Below are positions 16,424 through 28,488 of a DNA stretch of 40,000 bases, piece by piece (position 1 is the first letter of the stretch; each line of letters begins with the position of its first letter). Made by a program: the position numbers and the translations under genes. Origin of the DNA: Enterobacter sp. RHBSTW-00994 (GTDB lineage: Bacteria; Pseudomonadota; Gammaproteobacteria; Enterobacterales; Enterobacteriaceae). The stretch covers positions 288,588 to 328,587 of the forward strand of contig NZ_CP056199.1 in the NCBI RefSeq assembly GCF_013782625.1, given 5' to 3'. Below the pieces are notes generated by a model. The model was given only the letters and a program-made list of their open reading frames with translations. It had not been told where the DNA came from and did no database searches.

Positions 16424-18249
16424 TTGGAATCTAAATTCAGGGATATTGATATGGAAAGTCGTGTTGTTACGAATCGCATGATGAGTGATGTGAAATTTGT
16501 TACCCCAGCCATGTTTATGGGTGATGGAATATCGGTTTCTGCTGCGTTGCAGGCAATGTGTGATTATGCGAAAGAGTGTGCCGTACCTGTCATCGCCACA
16601 GGCTTTAGCGGCACACTTGATGCCAGTCTGGTCATTGATGGGATCCAGTTTATCGGGGGCGGTTCAAAGGCCACTGGACGATCACCGTCAAGGGAGATGT
16701 GTTTATCCATGATGCCGTGTTTGATGGCCCCGCAATGGTACATGGTGGAGGGGATATTATTCTTCGCTCTCTTGAATTTAAACATCAGGTCTCAACGGCG
16801 GCGCTCCTCGTGATGAACTTACCTGTTGTCAGTTCGCTGGAGGTGACGGATTGTACTTTTTCCAGTTGCCACTTTGGCATTCTTCAACAAGGTAATGAAG
16901 GTGAAAAACTGCAATGGGGAAGAATTACTCGCAGTTCATTTACCGATCTGAATGGTGATGCTATTGAGTTGAATGTGGTGAACGGACACTACCAAAATGG
17001 CGGCATGCTGATAGAAAATATTCAGATCAACAATATTAATCATAAAAATGCGCAGCCCAACTGGGGAATTGGTATTGGTATTGCGGGAAAAGGACCTTAT
17101 TCACTTGACCAGAAAGATTCCGATTTTGCCTCTGATATTATCGTTCGAAATGTGTATGCAACCAAAACCCGGCAATGCATACATTTTGAAGTGTCGCGAA
17201 ATTTTATCGTTGAAAATGTCGAGGTTTATCCTGACAGCAATGTGTCACTGAACACCGGTTTGACGTTTTCAGGTCTGGCCTTTTATGGCTGTCGTGATTT
17301 TCAGGTGAAGGGTGTGAAAGGTGAGCCTGTCGGAAACGGTAAAAGAATCGTGTACGTGGCCTGGGGGACAAACAACGGCATCTATACTGCACCCTGCCGT
17401 AATTTTGTTTTGTCTGATATTACGACTCAGGATGGTACTGTTGAGGTTGCCACCTCCAGCACAAATGACGTCAGCAATGAGTTTTCACTGACGAATATTA
17501 CTGCAAATATTGTGCGGCATCGGGGGTCTGGTTCGAAAATGACGTTTAGCTGGATCCGTTGTCAGAAATTCGATGCCATAGGGAATTACAAGTTCGGCGA
17601 AGGGGAAGGGGGAGGCGTATACAATCGACAGGCATATATCGAGGCTACCATCAATGCCGTCCAGGAAATGAAGGGAGGGCAGCAACCGAATAGTGCTTTT
17701 TCCCGTCTGGAATGTGATCGGTTGTATACCAGTGATTGTAATATTGATGTCGTTCAGTCGACATCTGTCACAGGCGCCCGGGGTTATATCCTGGGTAATA
17801 TCGATCACAGTTATTTTTTGTCTGGGGACGCTTTCCCTCAGGGTTTTGAATTTAGCGAAAATGATGTGTTGTATAAAAAATCTGGGGGTATGTTTGTTGT
17901 CACGCAGGCTGGGGCGTTGATGAGCGGCGGTGATACAGTAAAAGCGGCAGAGATTGGGCAGGATTATCTTATCTGCGCAGGCTCTCGAAACTGGGCGTCC
18001 ACTAATACGAAGTCAGCGAAAACCAGAATTATGATTCCTGGCGGTGGACGGGGAGGTGAAACGCTCATTGCCACGATAACCCGAGCGCCTTATCCCGTCA
18101 GTGGGGCTTACAGGATTTACATCACTCCTGCACTGTTTGCCCCCATATCGGAAGGGACGATCATCAGTCCAGCCTCCCCTGTAAAGTATGTTGATGTCAG
18201 TGCTGATGTTCTGGATCTAAATACTTATCAGGAAAATGCCTCTCTTTAA
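16424..18249 (+). pseudogene. right-handed beta-helix protein, WcaM-like, interrupted by a -1 frameshift in a G5 run
   Basis: The N-terminal piece (16424-16659 frame) reads ...DYAKECAVPVIATGFSGTLDASLVIDGIQFIGG. It continues sensibly as RFKGHWTITVKGDVFIHDAVFDG... in the 16699-18249 frame only if G5 (16655-16659) is read as G6. The body has beta-helix periodicity (IIVRNVYA, FIVENVEV, FQVKGVKG, FVLSDITT, FSLTNITA). The blocks FTDLNGDAIELNV and NWGIGIGIAG resemble WcaM as I recall it. The start codon is uncertain (TTG 16424 or ATG 16451). Confidence 0.6.
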
Positions 18250-18260
18250 ATCACGTCCCT

Positions 18261-18293
18261 GATACCTGAACAGGTGTGTTCTGTTCAGGTATC
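18261..18293. terminator. bidirectional terminator between the WcaM-like gene and fecE
   Basis: gatacctgaacag (18261-18273) pairs with ctgttcaggtatc (18281-18293), a 13-bp perfect stem with a 7-nt loop. Confidence 0.7.
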
Positions 18294-18298
18294 GCGTG

Positions 18299-19066
18299 TT
18301 ACACCACCACGCACATCGGCCTGCCTGACACCGGATCGGGGTGGATTTCGGCTTCGACGCTAAATACCGTTTTCAGTAACGCGGGCTGCATCACCTCTTC
18401 CGGCGATCCTTGCGCCATTACGCGCCCGTTTGCCAGGACCACCAGATGATCGCAATAGCGGCTGGCCTGGTTCAAATCATGCAGTACGGCGACCACCGTT
18501 TTTCCCTGTGTTTTTAGTGTGCCCATCAGTCGCATCAGCTCAACCTGGTGATTGATATCGAGATAGGTTGTGGGTTCATCGAGCAAGACGACCGGAGTAT
18601 CTTGCGCCAGCACCATTGCCAGAAAAGCCCGCTGACGTTGTCCGCCGGATAGCTCGGTTAGCCGACGCTCGGCAAGATGGTGCGTCTGAGTCTGGCTCAT
18701 GGCTACATTGACCCGCGCATTGTCTTCAACGGACAACCGTCCCCATAACGATACCCACGGGCTACGGCCATAACTCACCAGTTCCCGAACGGTGATGCCT
18801 TCAGGGGTTAAGTGATGCTGCGGCAATAGTGCCAGTTGACGGGCGAACTGACGTGATGTGAGGCGGTTAATGGGGTGTTCTTCAAGCCACACTGAGCCAG
18901 ATTTTGGGGCTAGCAGGCGTGAAAAACAGTTCAGCAGCGTGGATTTCCCGCATCCGTTGGGGCCGAGTAGCGCAGTAATTTTCCCCTCAGGTAACGTGAG
19001 TGAAAGCCCGTCCAGCACCGTTTGCGAACCATAACTGACGGTCAGATTTTCAGTACGTAATCTCAT
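18299..19066 (-). CDS. fecE: ferric citrate ABC transporter ATP-binding protein
   Basis: The protein carries Walker A (LLGPNGCGKSTLL), the signature LSGGQRQR and Walker B (VVLLDEP). It is the last gene of a collinear fecIRABCDE cluster. Confidence 0.95.
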   Translation of the reverse strand: MRLRTENLTVSYGSQTVLDGLSLTLPEGKITALLGPNGCGKSTLLNCFSRLLAPKSGSVWLEEHPINRLTSRQFARQLALLPQHHLTPEGITVRELVSYGRSPWVSLWGRLSVEDNARVNVAMSQTQTHHLAERRLTELSGGQRQRAFLAMVLAQDTPVVLLDEPTTYLDINHQVELMRLMGTLKTQGKTVVAVLHDLNQASRYCDHLVVLANGRVMAQGSPEEVMQPALLKTVFSVEAEIHPDPVSGRPMCVVV

Positions 19067-20023
19067 TTATCGCATTCTCACAAGCAGCCAGACAAACCAC
19101 GGTGCACCGATAATGGCGGTCAGTACGCCAGCCGGAAGTTCCAGCGGCGGGTGGATAATTCGCGCCAGCAGATCGGCAACCACCAGCAGCAGTGCCCCCA
19201 TCAGAGCGGAGACTGGCAGCAGCCAACGGTGACGTCCCCCGGTCATTTTTCGCACCATATGCGGCACGACCAGACCGATAAAACTGATGGGGCCGCAGAC
19301 GGCAACACCGGTTGCCGTCATGGCCACGGCCAGCATGAGTCCCCAGAACTGAAGACGCCGGACCGGTACGCCAAGCGTGGTGGCTCTGGCATCGCCCAGC
19401 GCCAGCAGATCGAGGTCGCGGCAAAATCGCAGGCTTAACGGCAGAAGCAGCACCAACAGGGGAACGGCCACTTTCACAAAGCTCCAGTCGCGCCCCCACA
19501 GGCTACCGGTCAGCCAGAGCAGGGCATTGCTGACATCTTGCGGGCGGGACAACATCAGATAATCGGTGATGCTTGCCCAGCAAGCAGAAAGGGCAACACC
19601 GGTGAGCGCCAGTCGCATCGGCTGGGCGGTATCGGCCAGGAGTCGCAGCAGGAGCAGTGCTGCCATTCCACCGCCAAACGCCAGCAGTGGCAGAAATATG
19701 ACCGGAAGTGAGGGCAGTAAAAGCAGCGCCCCCACGGTCGCCAGGCTGGCCGCATGGTTTACGCCAAGGATATCCGGCGAAGCCAGCGGATTACGCACGA
19801 TGCCCTGAACCAGTACACCGGCGACGGCCAGTGCGGCCCCGACAAACAGCGCCAGAAGCAACCTCGGCAGGCGGTAATCCATCAGAACGTAGTAGTGTTC
19901 CCGGCCAGTATGCCAGTCGGTCAACAGGGCATGCCACGGCACGGCGATGACCCCCATCTGGAGTGATAATACGGCGCAACCCGCTAACGCAATTGCAAGG
20001 AGGCTCACCATCGCGAATCTCAT
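19067..20023 (-). CDS. fecD: ferric citrate ABC transporter permease
   Basis: The start at MRFAMVSLL (20023) forms an ATGA overlap with the fecC stop. The protein is a FecCD-family polytopic permease ending ...APWFVWLLVRMR, like E. coli FecD. Confidence 0.93.
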   Translation of the reverse strand: MRFAMVSLLAIALAGCAVLSLQMGVIAVPWHALLTDWHTGREHYYVLMDYRLPRLLLALFVGAALAVAGVLVQGIVRNPLASPDILGVNHAASLATVGALLLLPSLPVIFLPLLAFGGGMAALLLLRLLADTAQPMRLALTGVALSACWASITDYLMLSRPQDVSNALLWLTGSLWGRDWSFVKVAVPLLVLLLPLSLRFCRDLDLLALGDARATTLGVPVRRLQFWGLMLAVAMTATGVAVCGPISFIGLVVPHMVRKMTGGRHRWLLPVSALMGALLLVVADLLARIIHPPLELPAGVLTAIIGAPWFVWLLVRMR

Positions 20024-21018
20024 CCGCGCCTCCTGACCAGCCACACAAAGCAGGGCGCGCCAAGCAATGCCAGCACAGCGCCTGCGGGAAGATCGCCGGG
20101 GAAAGCCAGCGCTCTTGCCAGTACATCGGCCAGCAGCATCAACGTAGCGCCCATCAGCATACTCATAGGCAAAACCTTGCGCTGATCAAACCCAATCCAG
20201 ACACGGGCGAGGTGCGGCATGAGTAAGCCAATAAATGCGACAGGTCCCGCCACGCTGACACACGCGCCCACCAGAATCAGCACCAGCACATTGATGAGCA
20301 GACGTAGTCTCGGCAAATTCACGCCCAGCGTATGGGCGGTATGGTCGCTAACGTTGAGCAGATTAAGTTGATTCGCCAGCAGCAAAATGATCGGGGTGAC
20401 GATCATCACCATCGGAAAGAGTTGCCAGAATTCCTGCCAGCGTGCATGGGAAACGCCGCCGGCAAGCCAGTAAAAAATGCCATAAGCGTGATCTTCAGCC
20501 AGCAGTAGCGTGATGCGGGTAAGGGCCATGCAAAACGCCGAAAGTGCGATGCCCGCCAGGATCAGCTTATTGCGATCCTGCGTGTGCCGGAATCCCCCGC
20601 CTGCTGTCATCACCAGCAGCCAGCTCATACCTCCGCCACAGGCTGCGATAAACGCCACGGAATAACCAGCGATGGGCGTCGGGCTGAGCGCACTGGTCAG
20701 CGCCATCGCCAGCGCCGCACCGCTGTTAATACCGAGGAGTGAAGGCGAAGCCAGCGGGTTGTGGGTCAGGGTTTGCAGCAATGCGCCCGCCAGTGCGAGA
20801 CTCGCACCAATCAGCATAGCGACCAGGCTTCGCGGCAGGCGAAGATTATGCACCAGCGCTTCGGGCAGCGTCGGCGTGTGGCCTGGAATGAGCGCTCGCA
20901 ATGCCTCTGCCCCAGAAACAGGAATGGCCGAGTAGCAAAACAGACTCAGCCAGAAAATAGCGATAAGCGCCACGATGGGAATGCCCCACCGCAGCGCGGG
21001 ATGATGTAGATCGATCAT
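20020..21018 (-). CDS. fecC: ferric citrate ABC transporter permease
   Basis: The 332-aa FecCD-family permease overlaps the fecB stop by 4 nt. Confidence 0.93.
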   Translation of the reverse strand: MIDLHHPALRWGIPIVALIAIFWLSLFCYSAIPVSGAEALRALIPGHTPTLPEALVHNLRLPRSLVAMLIGASLALAGALLQTLTHNPLASPSLLGINSGAALAMALTSALSPTPIAGYSVAFIAACGGGMSWLLVMTAGGGFRHTQDRNKLILAGIALSAFCMALTRITLLLAEDHAYGIFYWLAGGVSHARWQEFWQLFPMVMIVTPIILLLANQLNLLNVSDHTAHTLGVNLPRLRLLINVLVLILVGACVSVAGPVAFIGLLMPHLARVWIGFDQRKVLPMSMLMGATLMLLADVLARALAFPGDLPAGAVLALLGAPCFVWLVRRRG

Positions 21019-21917
21019 TTCACATCGGCAAGTGGCTGGTGGTGAAAGATTTTTACCGTGTCACTGGCAATGCGTTCTGCGGCGAAAATTCCCCGCATTC
21101 GCGCCCAGGCGTTACTGTCGACCGACGCGACCTGCTGTTTTTGCGCTGCGGTCAGTATCTGCCAGAGCGGATCCTGCTGCCAGTTTTTGACGATGCTCTC
21201 CTGACGGTAATGGGCAACCAACAACCAGGTTGGGTTAATCGCCAGTAACTGCTCAAGGCTGATGGAGGGCATAGCGGCGCCAGCCATTGCGGTCGGGACA
21301 TTCAGCCCCAGTGCTTTCAGTACACTGCCGGTGTAGGTGTCCTGGGTATGCAGGTTGAACTGCTGTTCGCGGGATGTGCCAAAGACGACGTGCGTTCCTT
21401 TGGGTAACTGGCTGGCCCATTGCGCCATCTTCTCGTGATGCTGCTCAATGCGTGCCTGCATCTGCGCTTTTTTTCCAATCACCTCGCCGATGATTGCCGC
21501 TGATTGCAGATTTTCGGCATAGGTTTCATTACGTGATTTGAGCAACAGTACCGGGGCGATTTGCTGTAGCGCACTGTAGATCCCGGCATGGCGACTGCTG
21601 TCGGCAATGATCAGATCCGGCTTCAGCGCACTGATCGCTTCAAGGCTGGGTTGTGCGCGGGTTCCGACAGATTGCCAGGGCTTCAGATGTGCACGTACAT
21701 CAGGCAGAATTCGGCTGGCATCGTTATCGTCTGCGATCCCGACCGGGCTGACATCGACGGCTGCCAGCGCATCTGCAAACGACAGTTCCAGCACCACAAT
21801 CCGTTGTGGTGTTTTATCGAGTGTAAAAGTGCCATGCTCATCCTGAACCGTGGCGGCAAAGGCGTGGCTGGTGACCAGCATCAGGCCTGCAAAAAGAAAA
21901 CGGATAAATGCCAACAT
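21015..21917 (-). CDS. fecB: periplasmic ferric-citrate binding protein
   Basis: The protein begins MLAFIRFLFAGLMLVTSHAFAATVQDEHGTFTL... and has a signal peptide. It is 300 aa and matches E. coli FecB as remembered. Confidence 0.95.
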   Translation of the reverse strand: MLAFIRFLFAGLMLVTSHAFAATVQDEHGTFTLDKTPQRIVVLELSFADALAAVDVSPVGIADDNDASRILPDVRAHLKPWQSVGTRAQPSLEAISALKPDLIIADSSRHAGIYSALQQIAPVLLLKSRNETYAENLQSAAIIGEVIGKKAQMQARIEQHHEKMAQWASQLPKGTHVVFGTSREQQFNLHTQDTYTGSVLKALGLNVPTAMAGAAMPSISLEQLLAINPTWLLVAHYRQESIVKNWQQDPLWQILTAAQKQQVASVDSNAWARMRGIFAAERIASDTVKIFHHQPLADVK

Positions 21918-21961
21918 CGTTGTATTCCTGCTAAAAGCCCGGCAAGCCGGGCATTAACACG

Positions 21962-25325
<3,364 letters not shown>

Positions 25326-25329
<4 letters not shown>

Positions 25330-25847
25330 AAACCGTGCTCCAGGCGAAACAGCAGACAGTGTTCAATGGCCCTGGCGACATACTTTTTCACAGAGCTGAC
25401 CGAGACTCCCAGTCTTTGGGCAATGTCGCTATACGTCAGGCCTTCCAGTTGCGAAAGCAGAAAGGCCTCGCGGGTTTTGCCGCTCAAACCATCAAGCATG
25501 GTGTCAATCAGTTGCAGGGTTTCGAGCTGGCTTTCACGCTCTTCTGGTGAAGGGGCCAGGGCCTCAGGCAGATTCCCGAGCATCTCAAGGTATGCCTTTT
25601 CCAGTGCATGGCGGCGAAAGAGATCAACCATCACCCGTTTGGCAATGGTACAGAGAAATGAACGCGGATCGCGGATCGTGGACAGCGTTTCGCTACTCAT
25701 CACTCTCAGGAAGGTGTCCTGGGCAATATCATCGGCATCAAATGCCGACTGGAGTTTGCGAGTGAGCCAGGTTTTCAGCCAGCCGTGATGCGCGCCGTAG
25801 AGCGATTCAAGTGTGAAAGCAGCGGTGGTAGCGGCGCGGTCAGACAT
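25326..25847 (-). CDS. fecI: ECF sigma factor FecI
   Basis: The 173-aa sigma-70 ECF protein has region 2 ([10 protein letters not shown]) and a region 4 HTH ([24 protein letters not shown]). It is the first gene of the fec cluster. Confidence 0.95.
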
Positions 25848-25885
25848 GCGGAATGTATCAAAAGTTAATCATCACGCGGCTATAT

Positions 25886-25910
25886 TAATATGAGAATGGT
25901 TCTCATTACA
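25886..25910. promoter_or_regulatory. Fur box at the fecI promoter
   Basis: ttaatATGAGAAtggTTCTCATtac contains a perfect 7-bp inverted repeat (25890-25906) with Fur-box-like AT-rich hexamers. It lies 40-60 bp upstream of the fecI ATG. Confidence 0.7.
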
Positions 25911-25915
25911 ATTGG

Positions 25916-25943
25916 AAATAAAAAAGCCTCGCAATGGAGGCTC
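25916..25943 (-). terminator. rho-independent terminator of yjcB
   Basis: The minus strand reads agagcctc-cattgc-gaggcttttttattt, a 6-7 bp stem followed by a U-tract. It lies 25 nt after the yjcB stop. Confidence 0.7.
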
Positions 25944-25967
25944 TTAACACATTGTTATCAAAGACGA

Positions 25968-26249
25968 TCAGGTAATCACCATCGGCCAGTCTGGCGGGGT
26001 GTGGCTCATCGCTTCAACCATCACCACTTTTACGTTTTCCCAGATCGTTGCGACATCTACCAGAGTGATGCCAAGCAGACCCGTTGCAAACCAGCAGGCG
26101 GCTCCGAGTCCCAGGACAGTGCTGATGATGGCAAGGCCAGCGTAGTCAGATTTACGAAATTGAATGTTCAGCGTGCTGGCTAAAAACATCAAAACCGCAC
26201 TCAGTAACGGCCAGCGCAGAAGAACCATGCTGGTAGTAATGGTTGCCAT
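25968..26249 (-). CDS. yjcB: small inner-membrane protein YjcB
   Basis: The 93-aa protein MATITTSMVLLRWPLLSAVLMFLASTLNIQFRKSDY...PPDWPMVIT parallels E. coli YjcB as remembered. Confidence 0.85.
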   Translation of the reverse strand: MATITTSMVLLRWPLLSAVLMFLASTLNIQFRKSDYAGLAIISTVLGLGAACWFATGLLGITLVDVATIWENVKVVMVEAMSHTPPDWPMVIT

Positions 26250-26312
26250 AAAACCAATCCTCGACAGGGCAGACGAAACGTAATGAAACAGTGTTTTGTG
26301 TTACATAAGATA

Positions 26313-26328
26313 TGTGAACTATATCACA
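26313..26328. promoter_or_regulatory. candidate CRP-cAMP binding site
   Basis: TGTGAactataTCACA has both consensus half-sites perfect with the canonical 6-bp spacer. Its centre lies about 71 bp upstream of the yjcB ATG. Confidence 0.55.
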
Positions 26329-26727
26329 CTTGCTGTTTTATTCGCCAGCGTTCATGTGATGAAAAATCGATGTTTTATAGCCAGGGTAAATGTGTAGAGC
26401 GCCGACGGAAAATATATCTTTGCAGGCGAAGGAATGATTCTTTGTACTCTTTATAATAAATTCATTGAGATAGCAAAACCTCTGCAATAGGTCGTAAGTT
26501 GTATAATATTTACAGTATTAAACCTATGGATTATGCTTGAGTGGACATATAAATGTACTCGCAGTTAATAATTCAGGATTTTGAATTTATTGGTTTTCTT
26601 ACTTTTATGTATCATTTTTATTACGCACAGAATAAGACTGTAATCTTTTAAATATTATTTGGATGTTTAATCTGATTTACCATTTTCCCGAATCCTGATT
26701 TATTCGTTGCGGTCGGTTTATCGCTCA

Positions 26728-28149
26728 ATGACCTGCGAATCAACGATGAAAGAAAAACGACGCGAGATTGTTAATGACAGTATGCGGGCGTTGCATGCAC
26801 TGGCAAAGCTAATGCCTCAACTCACCTCGCAATCCTCTCTGGTAGAAATGCTTGAAACCATCAATCGCACGCTGGGGTCGACACTGGCCTGGGTAAGTGT
26901 CGATGATGACACTGGTTTACAGCGTGTTGTGTGTGCCGGTGACGTGACCTGTCATTCTTTTGATGTGACTGATTTTCTGGCCAGCACGTTACTGCAAAGG
27001 CACAAACGCTCATGGAGAGTGGTGTACTGGAAAGAAAATATTGGCAGAGCATTGTTTCCTTCTCAGCATCCTGGCTACTCGCAATTACAAAGCGGCGTAT
27101 TATGTAAGCTCTCATCACAGGACTGGCGATGCAGTGGCTATTTCTTTTTAGCCTTTGACGAACGGTTATATTCGTTACCGATACTCAAAAATATCGTGAT
27201 GGTTTTGGTTGAAAAATTAAAAGATTATTTGGCAGAAATCGTCGCCAGGGAGAAAACGGCGCAAGAAATGCAGCGAGTTGTCACGCAATATAAAACGCTC
27301 TTCGAACGTGCGCCGGTGTTGATGAACGCTTTCGACCGACATAACCGATGTGTGTTATGGAATGCGGAATGTGAAAAAGTGTTCGGCTGGAGCATGGCTG
27401 AAATCAGTGCACATTCCGATCCGCTGATGCTGTTTTATCCCGATCCTGAAGAACGGAGGCGGGTGCGAGAGTCGATTCATATCTCCCCACTTAAGGATAT
27501 GTATGAATGGTATCCTGTGCGCAAAGACGGAATGCAACTCACCATCCTGTGGTCAAATATTCTGTTACCGGACAGCTCTATCCTTAATATAGGTCTGGAT
27601 ATTACCGAGCGTAAAAAAGTGGAGCAGCAACTGGCGGTAAAAGCGACCACTGACGATCTCACCGGATGTTTCAATCGTTCTGCGATTTTGCAGCAACTCA
27701 AGTCAGCACTGGCAGTACATTCACTTCAGGATGCGAACAGCCATTTTTGTGTGCTGATGTTTGATCTGGATTATTTCAAGCAAATCAATGACGAATGGGG
27801 ACACCAGGTCGGTGATGCTGCTCTGGTCCATTTTTGCGATCGGATCCGGGAGTTGAGCCCGGTAGATTCTGCTTTAGGACGGGTGGGGGGGGAGGAGTTC
27901 TTACTGCTGCTGGAGGGGACGGACAGCGATGCCGCGATGCTACTATCCGCCAGATTACGCACAACGCTCAGCACAATACCGTTGTTGGTCGGGGATAAAA
28001 CGTTGATCCTCTCCTTTAGTGCAGGATTGGTAGAGGTGTGTCATGGTCAACGTGATACCTCAGCATTACTGACGCGCGCAGATAAAGCGTTATATGATGC
28101 TAAGCGGACGGGAAGAGGGAAAACGGTAGTCGTCTCTGATTATTTATAA
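26728..28149 (+). CDS. GAF-like/PAS/GGDEF diguanylate cyclase
   Basis: The C-terminal domain is GGDEF: DDLTGCFNR...FDLDYFKQINDEWGHQVGD...RVGGEEFLLLL. The central part is PAS-like (YKTLFERAPVLMNAFDRHNRCVLWNAECEKVFGW...LDITERK). I see no RxxD I-site 5 residues before GGEEF. The start is ambiguous (TTG 26707, ATG 26728 or ATG 26746) and no SD is clear. Confidence 0.85.
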   Translation: MTCESTMKEKRREIVNDSMRALHALAKLMPQLTSQSSLVEMLETINRTLGSTLAWVSVDDDTGLQRVVCAGDVTCHSFDVTDFLASTLLQRHKRSWRVVYWKENIGRALFPSQHPGYSQLQSGVLCKLSSQDWRCSGYFFLAFDERLYSLPILKNIVMVLVEKLKDYLAEIVAREKTAQEMQRVVTQYKTLFERAPVLMNAFDRHNRCVLWNAECEKVFGWSMAEISAHSDPLMLFYPDPEERRRVRESIHISPLKDMYEWYPVRKDGMQLTILWSNILLPDSSILNIGLDITERKKVEQQLAVKATTDDLTGCFNRSAILQQLKSALAVHSLQDANSHFCVLMFDLDYFKQINDEWGHQVGDAALVHFCDRIRELSPVDSALGRVGGEEFLLLLEGTDSDAAMLLSARLRTTLSTIPLLVGDKTLILSFSAGLVEVCHGQRDTSALLTRADKALYDAKRTGRGKTVVVSDYL

Positions 28150-28488
28150 ATCAAACCCAGAAATGGTCATGAACAAATAGTATGAATTTTCACACTCAAG
28201 TTGTGCTTTTTTCATGCTGCCAGCAGTTTGGCTTAATCAACGATCCTCTGTTGTGTTATCTTAAAACTTCCCTGCCAGAATGGATAAATATTTTCCTTAA
28301 TAGAAACGAAACGAATACTTTCAGTTTGGCTTACGGGAAAATATTATCGTCATAACGAAATTTAAGATTTTTAATACCAAAAGTCAGTTGCTAACTTCGC
28401 ATGATTCATGCAACGTAATCACCTGTTTATCAAAGCATCCGGCCTTCATTACTACAGGCGCACAAAGAGCAGGGATATAGGGCGGAAA

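Noticed and set aside
19050-21248. Many 60-150 aa alternative-frame and antisense ORFs across fecB/fecC/fecD.
   Set aside because: This is GC-rich permease-coding DNA that leaves the other frames open. Their composition is Arg/Gly/Pro/Ala-rich, and the fec genes account for the whole interval with canonical overlaps.
28408-28488. 27-codon N-terminal extension of pdeC, and likewise the extensions at 32081-32191 for ghxP, 5604-5645 for tyrB, 30397-30420 for soxS and 4806-4865 for unknown protein B.
   Set aside because: The extensions are not present in the remembered E. coli orthologs (pdeC, ghxP, tyrB, soxS), or the internal start has the only good SD (protein B).
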